Shown here in pieces: positions 38,377 to 48,811 of a stretch of 64,000 nucleotides of DNA. Position numbers and translations under genes: made by a program. This stretch comes from Paramoeba atlantica. Taxonomy: Eukaryota; Protista; Discosea. The notes below the pieces were generated by a model. It was given only the letters and a program-made list of their open reading frames with translations. It made no database searches and was not told the origin of the DNA. Position 1 is the first letter of the stretch, and each line of letters starts with the position of its first letter. Location of the stretch: NCBI GenBank assembly GCA_977017575.1, contig CDRNVI010000190.1, forward strand, positions 119,440 through 183,439, in the 5' to 3' direction.

Positions 38377-39132
38377 ATGGCCATGGAGATCTTTGAACAA
38401 ACGAAACCGCTTCACAATCTTGTGGAAAAATGGAGTGTTTTGAAGAGACTGCCATCTCTTGAAGAGAAGAATTGTTCGATCCTCGATTTGGCGACTGGAG
38501 AAGGTCGGTTTGCTCGCAGTTATCGAGAGGCTGGACACAAAGGAAGAATTCTGGGAGTTGATCTTTCTCATGAGCAAATTCGACAAGCAAAGGATCATCC
38601 TTCCCAAGCGGAGTATCGGATTGAATATCTTCAACATAATTGTCTTGCCCCACTTCCAGAAGAAGAGATGTTCGATGTTGTGACTGCTCATTATCTCCTT
38701 TGTTTTGCCACAGATCGTTTTCTTTTACAAGATTTCTGTCGATCAGCTTATCATTCTTTAAAGAAAGGAGGGACTTTCTTGGCATTGAATGACAACGAAA
38801 ATCAGATCGCCACTTCTGCAGAGCTCTATAAAAAATATGGTTTCATGAAACAATGTCGTGATCCGAAAGCTCTTTGGACAGCAATGGATGAAAAACAATA
38901 TCCTGAAGGAACTGAGATTACTTGGAATATCTTTGAACCTGTTTTTTGGGAAACAAAACTTTGGATTTGGAACAAAGAGACATATTTTCAATGTTTGGAA
39001 CAGGCAGGGTTTTCTGAGATCGAGTATCTCCCTCTTCTTCTTCCAAATGACTTTGATTCAGAAAAAAGGAATTTTCTTTCTGATTTCCTTGAACACCCTC
39101 CCATTGTATTAATTAAAGCAAGAAAAATCTAA
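38377..39132 (+). CDS. Class I SAM-dependent methyltransferase, ToxA-like small-molecule type, intronless
   Basis: Motif I ILDLATGEG, ILGVDLSHEQIRQAK, FDVVTAHYLLCFA and SLKKGGTF. Confidence 0.85.
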   Translation: MAMEIFEQTKPLHNLVEKWSVLKRLPSLEEKNCSILDLATGEGRFARSYREAGHKGRILGVDLSHEQIRQAKDHPSQAEYRIEYLQHNCLAPLPEEEMFDVVTAHYLLCFATDRFLLQDFCRSAYHSLKKGGTFLALNDNENQIATSAELYKKYGFMKQCRDPKALWTAMDEKQYPEGTEITWNIFEPVFWETKLWIWNKETYFQCLEQAGFSEIEYLPLLLPNDFDSEKRNFLSDFLEHPPIVLIKARKI

Positions 39133-39403
39133 AAAAAGATTTTTCTCCCCCTCTTCACCACCCTTTTCTTTTTCTCCATTTCCAATTCTTTTGGCAGGTT
39201 TTATTGAAATATCTTCCTAGGTTGGAGAAGAGGTAACCTTATTTTTATTTCTAATGACAAAAAGAGGCTTTGATTTAGAGGATTCTTATTTCCCTCAAAA
39301 TTGATTTTTCAGCTCACTTTGTGTCTCTATGTTTGTTGTGAACTCTTCTCCATCCCTCTCCACCACAACAATTCTATTTCTATTTCTTAACTTCTCAAAA
39401 CTT

Positions 39404-40789
39404 TTATGGTTGAGCTGGTTTTATCGTTCGTCCCTGCAAACCAAAGAAAAAACAATATGAGATTCCATTCATTTCTACACTTTATTCATATTGAACCAAA
39501 AAAAATTGGAAAAAATGAAAAGAAAAAAAATTGAAAGAAAAAAAAGAGAAAAATGAAACCTTCAATTGAATGATCAGTTCCACAATGTTCTGATCTTTTG
39601 CAACATCAAGGACTGTTTTACCATGCTACCAAAAAAAAGAAAAGAAAGTTTCAAATAAGAACCACTCCAACCCCATCCCTCTTCTCAGTTCTCTTATTTC
39701 CCCAACAAGTCAACAAATCAAAAAAAGAAAATCAAAACTTCATTTTGAAGATGAATACTGGCTCCATGTTCAATAAGAATCTTCACAACCTCTTCAAAAC
39801 CTCTCTGAGCGGCATAGTGAAGAGCGGTCCATCCGTTCTTAACAAAAAGGAGATTTAAAAAAGAACAAATAACAAAAAATTATCACACACCAGAACCAAG
39901 AATTAACAACAAATAATAAATAAAAATAAGAAAATCAAATAAAAGAAAAAGAAAATCAAAACTAGGGCTTGAAGATGAACATTGGATCCATGTTCAAGAA
40001 GAATCTTCACAATTTCTACGAAATCTTTCTCAGCAGCATGGTGAAGAGCAGTCCAACCATACTTAACAAAAAAATTTTTTCAAAAAGAACAAAACAAAAT
40101 AACACATCAGGAACCAAGATAAAAATGAGAAAATCAAATAAAATAAAAAAGAGAAAATCAAAACTCGATCTTCTCGATCAACATTGGATCCATGTTCAAG
40201 AAGAATCTTCACAATTTCTTCAAATCCTTCGAAAGCAGCTATGTGAAGAGCGGTCCATCCGCTCTTAACAAAAAGGAGATTTAAAAAAGAACAAAACAAA
40301 ATAAATTATCACAACACAACACATCAGAACCAACATAAACAACTAACAGAATTCACAAACAATAAATAAAAATGAGAAAATCAAATCAAAAAAAAAAGAA
40401 AATCAAAACTCTTTCTTGAAAATGAACATTGGATCCATGTTCAAGAAGAATTTTCACAATTTCTTTCAATCCTTTCCAAGCAGCTTTGTGAAGAGCGGTC
40501 ATTCCATCCTTTAACAAGAAGAAGTTATTCAAAAAACAAAACAAAAACAAAAGAGAGAGAAAGAGAAAGAGAAAGAGAAAGAAAGAAAAAATAAAGAAAA
40601 AGAGAAACAGAGAAAACTTTTGCAAAGAAAAAAAACCTGGTCTTTGAATTGGAAGTCGAGATCAAGATTGAATTGTTTGTTTTCTTTTCCAAGAAGAAGA
40701 ACTTTGACAAGTTCTTCATCTCCTTCCTCAACACCATCAAATAGTTTCTTTGTTTCTTCATTTGGAGTTTTTTCTTCTTCTCCTTCCAT
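39404..40789 (-). CDS. Ankyrin-repeat protein A: N-cap exon + four 99-nt repeat exons + C-cap exon + tail
   Basis: Repeat exons at 40508-40410, 40263-40165, 40061-39963 and 39837-39739, each xGxTALHxAAxxG/DxxEIVKILxEHGxxVxxQxx and flanked by AAG| and |GTTTTG. C-cap is [22 protein letters not shown]; tail is GRTIKPAQP*. Confidence 0.9.
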
Positions 40790-40976
40790 CTTCTTTCTTC
40801 TTCTTTCTTCTTCTTTCTTTTCTTTTGTGTGTTTGTGATTGTGTGATGGTGGGCGAGAAACTTTTGAAAAAGAGAAAGAAAAAAGGAGAGAGAAAAAGGA
40901 GAAAAAAGGAGAGAAAAGGGATTTATTTTGGTCGGAACTTTTTCTCTTGATTTTTGGTGAAGGAAGGGGTCTGAAA

Positions 40977-41070
40977 GGAGATGAAAAATTTGTCAAAGTT
41001 CTTCTTCTTGGAAAAGAAAACAAACAATTCAAAATTGATCTCAACATTCCAATTCAAAAACTTGGTTTTC
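40977..41070 (+). repeat. Inverted, diverged fragment of the ankyrin N-cap exon at the junction between genes A and B
   Basis: The + strand reads [23 protein letters not shown], matching the - strand exon 1 of genes A and B. It includes a 1-nt insertion and the donor-like gttttc. Confidence 0.85.
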
Positions 41071-41086
41071 TTTTTTTTTGGAACTT

Positions 41087-43053
41087 TTAATTTTCTTTTT
41101 TTCTTTGAGCTGGTTTGATGGTTCGTCCCTGCAAACCAAAAAAAAAACAATATGAGATTCCATTCATTTCTACACTTCATTCATATTGAACCAAAAAAAA
41201 ATTGGAAAAAATGAAAAAAAAAATTGAAAAAAAAGGGAAAAATGAAACCTTCAATTGAATGATCAGTTCCACAATGTTCTGATCTTTTGCAACATCAAGG
41301 ACTGTTTTACCATGCTAACAAAAAAAAAGAAAAGAAAGTTTCAAATAAGAACCACTCTAACCCCGTCCCTCTTCTCAGTTCTCTTATTTCCCCAAAAAGT
41401 CAACAAATCAAAAAAGAAAATCAAAACTGAATTTTGAAGATGAATATTGGATCCATGTTCAACAAGAATCTTCACAATTTCTTTAAATCCTTTGGTAGCA
41501 GCATAGTGAAGAGCGGTCATTCCATACTTAACAAAAAGAAGTTGTTAAAAAAAGAACAAACAAAATCAATTATCACACATAACACATCAGAAACCAAGAA
41601 TTAACAACAAATAAATAAAAATAAGAAAATCAAATAAAAGAAAAAGAAAATCAAAACTTCATTTTGAAGATGGACATTGGATCCATGTTCAATCAGAATC
41701 TTCACAACTTCTTTCAAATCCATGCAAACAGCCATGTGAAGAGCGGTCCCTCCATCCTGAACAAAAAGCAGTTTTAAAAACAAAGAAAAATGAAAATCAA
41801 ATAAAAGAAAGAGAAAATCAAAACTCTCGCTTGAAGATCAACATTGGGTCCATGTTCAACAAGAATTTCCACAATTTCTTCAAAACCTTTCTGAACAACT
41901 ATGTGAAGAGCGGTCCATCCATCCTTTAACAAAAAGAAGTTATTAAAAAAAGAACAAAACAAAATAAATTATCACAAACTAAAATTAGCAACAACAATAT
42001 CAACGAAAAGAAAAGAAAATGAAAACTTTAGTTTGAAGATCAACATTGGATCCATGTTCAACAAGAATCTTCACAATTTCTTTAAAACCTCTCTCAGCAG
42101 CATAGTGAAGAGCGGTACATCCGTTCTTAACAAAAAGGAGATCAAAACAAAATAAATTACCACACACAACAAATAAGCAACCAAGAATTAACAATAAATA
42201 AATAAAAATAAGAAAATCAAATAAAAGAAAAAGAAAATCAAAACTGCGGCTTGAAGATGAACATTGGATCCATGTTCAATAAGAATCTTCACAATTTCTA
42301 CAAAATCTTTCTGAGCAGCAAAGTGAAGAGCGGTACCTCCATACTTAACAAAAAGAAGTTGTTAAAAGAATAAAATAAACACATCAGGAACCAAGATAAA
42401 AATGAGAAATCAAATAAAATAAAAAAGAGAAAATCAAAACTGAATCTTGAAGATCGACATTGGATCCATGTTCAAGAAGAATCTTCACAATTTCTTCAAA
42501 TCCTTCGAAAGCAGCGATGTGAAGAGCGGCCCAACCATACTTAACAAAAAGAAGTTGTTAAAAAAAAATAAAAGAACAAAACAAAATAAATTATCACCAC
42601 ACAACACATCACAACATAAACAACTAACAAACAACAAATAAAAATGAGAAAATCAAATCAAAAAAAAAGAAAATCAAAACTTGAGTATGAAAATGAACAT
42701 TGGATCCATGTTCAAGAAGAATTTTCACAATTTCTTTCAATCCTTTCCAAGCAGCTTTGTGAAGAGCGGTCATTCCATCCTTTAACAAGAAGAAGTTATT
42801 CAAAAAACAAAACAAAACAAGAGAAAGAGAAAGAGAAAGAAAAAAACAAAAAGAAAAAAAAACAAAGAAAAAGAGAAACAGAGAAAACTTTTGCAAAAAA
42901 AACCTGGTCTTTGAATTGGAAATTGAGATCAAGTTTGAATAGTTTGTTTTCTTTTCCAAGAAGAAGAACTTTGACAAGTTTTTCATCTCCTTCCTCAACA
43001 CCCTCAAATAGTTTCTTTGTTTCTTCATTTGGAGTTTCTTCTTCTTCATCCAT
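41087..43053 (-). CDS. Ankyrin-repeat protein B: N-cap exon + seven 99-nt repeat exons + C-cap exon + tail
   Basis: [17 protein letters not shown]-cap; repeats [84 protein letters not shown]; C-cap; [13 protein letters not shown]. Confidence 0.9.
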
Positions 43054-43400
43054 CTTCTATCTTCTTTCTTCTTTCTTTTCTTTTGTGTGTTTGTGTTTGT
43101 GGTGGTGGGCGAGAAACTTTTGAAAAAGAGAAAGAAAAAAGGAGAGAGAAAAAGGAGAAAAAAGGAGAGAAAAGGGATTTATTTTGGTCGGAACTTTTTT
43201 CTTTATTTTCGGTGAAGGAAGGGGTCTGAAAAATTGGACTTGTTTTTGTTCCTCTCTCCTTTCTCTCTTTTCCTTTTGGAAGGGTTTTAATTCCCCTTTT
43301 TTCTCTCTCTTGAAATCTCTCTTCAACAAATTTGATTTTTTTTGTTGAAGTTTGATCTTTTACCCTCTTTCTTTGTTTTTTTTAAATTCTTTTTGTTCAG

Positions 43401-43821
43401 GGTGGAATGGTTGCTCTTCACAAAGCTGCTAACAAAGGTTTGAAAGAAATTGTGAAGATTCTTCTTGAATATGGAGCCAATGTCGATCTTCAAGATTCAG
43501 TTTTGGTTCTTTTTTTTGATTTTGATTTTCCTTTGTGCTTTCTCATTTTATATTTGTTGTTGTTCATTCTTGGTTGTTTTTTTTGTTTATCTGAGATTTT
43601 GTTTTTTTCTTTTTGAACAACTTCTTTTTGTTAAGTTTGGATGGACCGCTCTTCACTGTGCTGCCGAGATTGGTATTGAAGAAGCTGTGAAGATTCTCGT
43701 TGAACATGGATCCAATGTTGATCTTCAAGAGGAAGTTTTGATTTTCTCATTTTTGGTGTGTGATTTTATTTATTCTTTTAACAACTTCTTTTTGTTAAGT
43801 ATGGAGGTACCGCTCTTCACT
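43401..43821 (+). pseudogene. Orphan inverted ankyrin cassettes (two complete 99-nt exons plus a truncated third), no N-cap or C-cap
   Basis: 43401-43499 GGMVALHKAANKG..., 43636-43734 FGWTALHCAAEIG..., and 43800-43821 YGGTALH then an abrupt break. Splice sites are intact and the strand is opposite to genes A, B and D. Confidence 0.8.
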
Positions 43822-44106
43822 GCAGATGTTGCACAGATACGTTATGCACCCCTTTCTTGTACCCCAGAGAAATTGTGGGGTGACTATCTTCAAAAGAAAG
43901 ATTATCTGATGGCTTGCCTGAATTGCCCTGGTCAGCAATACCTCGCTTTATTATCATACCAATTAACACGCTCGTGGATCAACACTTTTGATCTTCAAGG
44001 CCCAGAGGTCTTTGATTGGGTCAAAGACTTATCGAACAACTCGAATTCAACAATTATCAAACCACCAAAGTCCCACTCTCGAAATGAAAGAGAGGAGAGA
44101 AACTGA
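43822..44106 (+). other. Unassigned coding-like fragment fused out of frame to the truncated ankyrin exon
   Basis: Reads QIRYAPLSCTPEKLWGDYLQKKDYLMACLNCPGQQYLALLSYQLTRSWINTFDLQGPEVFDWVKDLS, with higher sequence complexity than the flanks. No family recognised. Confidence 0.35.
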
Positions 44107-44512
44107 AACCGAAAATTTTTTCTGAAAATCTTCTTCTTCTTCTTCTTCATTGGCATCAACTCCATCAAGAAAAAGAAAGTTCGGATATCATACCACCTCA
44201 GATCTGGAAAACACCTCTTTTGATGGTTTGCCATTTCCTCGACCAACCCCAATGGCTGCTCCACTCCCATTGGATCAAGACTTTACGTATGTTGGTATCC
44301 ATTCGAGGTTTTTTTTCTTGAGCTTGAAAGTCAAAAAAAAATACTTATTCTATGAATTAGTGTGTATGTCTGAACGTTCAGTTGACGCGTTGGTGGCATT
44401 GTTTCTGGCAGAAAAACTGAGTGTTTGAAGAAGCGAAAAAAAGTAATAATCCTCTTGGATTTTTCAAAAAGGTAAAATGTTTATTTTAAAAATGTTTTCA
44501 CCTCAGATCAAT

Positions 44513-45895
44513 TTACTGGCAGACATCACAAGTGACAAAACCAGTCCCACAACAAGATGGTTCAGGACATTGAAATTGATTCTTTTGCACGTGACAAGAA
44601 GCCAGCCCACAGACCCAATCTGGAATGGTGCCAGTCAATTGGTTCGAACTCAAGTAAAGATAACTTGTAGTCGCGTTGACAAAATTCTCATTGTAGTCAG
44701 GGATTGTTCCTTTTTGGAAATCAATGGAAAATTAGTTCACAAACAAAAAAAAAACGAAAGAAATTGTGTTACCCACTAATTCATTTTGACTGAAAGCGAG
44801 AAGAAAGAGGTTGGTTGATACGAATTCAGGAAGTGATCCGGTGAGTTTGTTACCATACATTTCCACCTCAGTGAGTTTTGGAAGCTTTGACAAGCTGGAG
44901 GGGATTGCACCTGGAGAAAAATATTAAGCACAAAAGAGAGAGAGAGGGAAATGACACTATCTATTAATAAGATATTTGTGACAAAAAGAAGAATAATTAA
45001 ATACCAGAGATGGAATTGTTGTAGCAAATGAACTCAGAGAGTTGAGGAAAGTTATCCAAACAATCAGGGAAAGTACCTGTGAACAAACACAACAAGGATA
45101 TCAGAATAAAAAAAGCCATGGGAAAAATTCATTCGAAAGAACAAACCAGACAACTGAGTTTGTGAGAGATACAAGTATTCCAAGGTGGGTGGACTTTTAC
45201 AAAGAGCAGCAGGGACAGTTCCCTCAAGCTGTGTTGAAGAAATTGTGAGAAACTGATATGGGGCGCCAAACAAATCATCAGGAATAGTTCCAGTAAAGTT
45301 TTCAGTGAGCCAAAGGCTGTTAAGATTTGGTGCCTGACCTACAAGAGAGAGAGAAAGATGAGAAAAAAGGAGAGAAAAAAAAGATTTTTCAGGTTTCCAA
45401 AAAAAAAGACCTAAATTTGGGGGGATGGATCCAGATAACCCATTGGATTCGAGTGCGAGGGATGATAATGACTCCATACCAACATAAAAAGGGGGAAGAG
45501 TTCCAACGAGGAGTGGATTAAAAGAGAGAAAAAGTGAATTTAATTGCGTTAAATTCCCAATTGAATCAGGGATGGTTCCATTCAATCTTTGAATTTGACG
45601 AATGAGCTGTTCGACATTGGTTTGTTCCTGACTGTGTGGAGAGAAAATAGAGTAGAGGGGGTCAATAAAAGAGGGAGATAAGGGAAAAAGGAAAAGAGGG
45701 ATCGAACTTGCAATAAACACCACTCCAAGAGTTCTGGCAAGGGTCACCGGTGAGCCAATTCGCATTTGCATTCCAATCTTGGCCACGAAGAGAAGTATAG
45801 AAATCCACCAATGCATCTCTCTCAGAGGGCGGGACTGTGGCAAAAACAAGCCCAAAACAGAAGACCAAAGTCAGCAAAACGAAACGCTCCATCAT
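44513..45895 (-). CDS. Secreted plant-type (LxxLxLxxNxLxGxIP) leucine-rich-repeat protein with LRRNT cap and Cys-rich C-cap, multi-exon
   Basis: Signal peptide MMERFVLLTLVFCFGLVFA, LRRNT ERDALVDFY...W...DPCQNSWSGVYC, about nine LRRs, ending QFQCPEPSCCGTGFVTCDVCQ*. No TM or kinase domain. Confidence 0.88.
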
Positions 45896-47029
45896 CTGAA
45901 AATACAAAATCAGCTTAGAGAGGCAAAAAAAAAAAAACCTGGAAACAAACCTTCTTGAAACAAGAAAAAACAAAACAAGAAAAAAGAGTGCAGTGGACGG
46001 ACGAGACGGACGGGACGAAGGGACCTTTTGAAAAAGCGATTTTTCTTGTACTCTTCTCCTACAAAAAGAAAAAAGACCCCAAAAAATTTTGTTTTCGACT
46101 TTTTGATCCTTTTTTTCGACTGTCGACAAATTCGCTACTTCCAAATTCGAGAAGAAATGGCCTTTTGCCCAAAAGACCCCAAACTTTGTTTTTTTTTTCC
46201 CCGAACAGCCACCGAAAGCAGATTGTTCTGGAACAATTCACAAGAAAAGTTTTTTTCTTTCTTTTGAAGCAAGAAAAAACTTTCGAGCTCTCTTTTTGGA
46301 GAACTGAGAAAATCAGGAGAAATGATGGAGCACAGCGGAAAAAAACAGCCTCAAATTCACACATCCGGCAAGAAAAGGGACCATTTTGTTAACCCGATCT
46401 TTTTCACTGCTGACTTTCTTGGAAGGGAGCTCTCCATTAACCAAAAAAGGGTCATCACGAGATTTCATGCCCACTTTCAGAACCCAGAAAAGGCCAGAAC
46501 CCATAAAATCAAACACATAAACAAAAAAATCAAAAAACTAATTCCAACAAATTGCAAAAGGAACCTTGTCATAAAATTACAGCAACTTCTTGGCAAGAAT
46601 CAAACACAAAACTGTGGCCACAAAAAACAAGGAATTTAGCAGCAAAGAAAGCGGCAAACGCACACAAAAAAGAAGAACGAAACTTCGTTCACAATAGGGT
46701 CTGTTTCAAATCAACATCGTTTTTTACTGCTGTGGAGAAAAGGAAAAGAATGCTCACAAAAAAAATCAAAGGGGAAAAATCTCATTTTTGTGACACTTCT
46801 TTCCCACCTAAACAGCTGGAGACTCGAAATGAAGAGGCTAAAAGGCGGTTTAACACTCCCCCGCAATGCAAAGGCATTGGACAACTCACAAAGATCAGCT
46901 TACTGATTTTGTTTCTATGTTTGTTGTGAGCTTCTCCCTTCCTTTCTCTCTTTCCTCTCTTTCCTCTCTCCCTCCCTCTCCCCCCCCCCACCACAACAAT
47001 TCTATTTCTCTTCTCAAATTCTCAAAACT

Positions 47030-48338
47030 TCAATTTTCTTTTTTTGGTTGAGCTGGTTTGATGGTTCGTCCCTGCAAACCAAAGAAAAAATAATATGAGA
47101 TTTCATTCTTTTCTACAATTCATAAATATTCAACTTCAACAAAAAAAAAATGAAAAGAAGAAAAAGAATATTGAAAAAAAGAAATGAAACCTTCAATTGG
47201 ATGATCAGTTCAATAATGTTCTGATCTTTTGCAACATCAAGGACTGTTTGACCAGCCTAAGAAAGAAAAGAAAATATAAGAACCACTCCAACCCCATCCT
47301 TCTCCTCAATTCTCCCAATTTCCCCACCCACCCACAATCCCAACAAGTCAACAAATCAAAAAAAGAAAATCAAAACTTGATTTTGAAGATGAATACTGGC
47401 TCCATGTTCAATAAGAATCTCCACAATTTCTTTAGAACCTTTCTGAGCAGCAAAGTGAAGAGCGGTACCTCCATCCTCAACAAAAAGAAGTTGTCAAAAG
47501 AATAAATAAAATCTCACACACTAAAAATGAGAAAATCAAAACTTGATCTTGAAGATCAACATTGGATCCATGTTCAACAAGAATCTTCACAGCTTCTCCA
47601 ATACCAATCTCGGCAGCACAATGAAGAGCGGTCCATCCGTTCTTAACAAAAAGAAGTTGTTCAAAAAGAAAAAAACAAAATCTCACACAAACACATCAGA
47701 ATAAACAAAAAAACAACCAAGAATGAACAACAACAAATAAAAACGAGAAAAATGAAAATTAAAGAAAAAAAAAAGGAAATCGAAACTTTAGCTTGAAGAC
47801 TAACATTGGATCCATATTCAAGAAGAATCTTCACAATTTCTTCAAAATCTTGGGCCGCAGCAAAGTGAAGAGCGGTCCAGCCATCCTTAACAAAAAGAAG
47901 TTGTTCAAAAAAAATAAAAGAACAAAACAAAAGAACCCTCTCACACAGCTCTCTTCCAAAAAAAAAAGAAAAGGAAAATCAAAACTTGATCTTGAAGATT
48001 AACATTGGGTCCATGTCCAACAAGAATCTTCACAATTGTTTCTAAACCATTCACAGAAGCTAAGTGAAGAGCGGTCCATCCGAACTTAACAAAAAGAAGT
48101 TAGAGAAAAAAGGGGGGAGAGAGAAATGGTGGGGGGGAGAGAAAGACTAAAAAGAAAAAGAGAGAGAAAAAAGGTTCGAAAAAAAGAAAACCATGTCTTT
48201 GAATTGGAAATTGAGATTAAGTTTGAATTGTTTGTTTTCGTTTCCAAGAAGAACTTCGACAAGTGCTTCATCTCCTTCCATAACAGCATCAAAAAGGTCC
48301 TTTGTTTCTTCATTTGGAGTTTCTTCTTCTTCGTCCAT
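47030..48338 (-). CDS. Ankyrin-repeat protein D: N-cap exon + four 99-nt repeat exons + C-cap exon + tail
   Basis: MDEEEETPNEETKDLF; FGWTALHLASVN, DGWTALHFAAAQ, NGWTALHCAAEI, DGGTALHFAAQK; [22 protein letters not shown]; [13 protein letters not shown]. Confidence 0.9.
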
Positions 48339-48600
48339 CTTCTTTTGTGTGTGTGTGTTTTTGTGATGGGGAGCAAGCAAGAAAAACAAGAGAAAAGGAA
48401 AAAAGATTTGAGAAAAAGGTCGGGACTTTTTCCCTTGGTAGGGTCTGAAAAATTGTCCTTGTTTTTGTTCCCCTTTTCTCTCTCTTGAAAAATTTTAATC
48501 TCTCTTCAATCAACCTCCTTCTCTCCTCTCTTCTTGAAAACATCACAGAAAAACAAAAAAACCTCTCTCTCTGTCTCTCTTTGTTTTTTTTTAGAGAGAA

Positions 48601-48724
48601 CTACGTTTCTACCTATGAACGTTTCGTTTCTACCTATCAGGTTTCATTTGTACCTATCATGTTTCATTTGTCCCTACCATGTTTCATTTCTACCTAGAAA
48701 TGAAACATTCGTAGGTATGAAAAC
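48601..48724. repeat. ~120-bp fold-back minisatellite (20-bp unit GTTTCATTTSTACCTATCAT) with inverted end
   Basis: Units start at 48601 (partial), 48621, 48641, 48661 and 48681. There is a perfect palindrome GTTTCATTTCTA-CC-TAGAAATGAAAC at 48681-48706, and 48701-48724 is an imperfect reverse complement of 48605-48625. Confidence 0.85.
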
Positions 48725-48811
48725 ATCAATTAAATCTTTTTCTTTTTCCTTTTCTCTTTTTCGTTCAGAAAAAGAACAGCTGATTGCCAAAAAAATTCAA
48801 AAATTTTATTT

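Noticed and set aside
43995-44270. LSFREWDFGG on the - strand, resembling a Roco/ROC domain downstream of the LRR gene
   Set aside because: The LRR gene has its own stop at 44513, no P-loop or other ROC motifs are in frame, and the segment is antisense to a more protein-like + strand frame.
44635-44655. GGTTCGAAC T-loop-like motif
   Set aside because: No cloverleaf can be formed, and it lies within an LRR coding exon on the opposite strand.
46829-46906. Possible C/D snoRNA (ATGAAGA...CTGA) with a small CAATGC/GCATTG hairpin
   Set aside because: The C box is non-consensus, there is no terminal stem and no recognisable antisense element, and part of the region is duplicated 3' flank of the ankyrin genes.
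48601-48724. CRISPR-like GTTTC...GAAAC repeats
   Set aside because: The units are directly adjacent with no unique spacers, no cas genes are present and the context is eukaryotic. Treated as a fold-back minisatellite.
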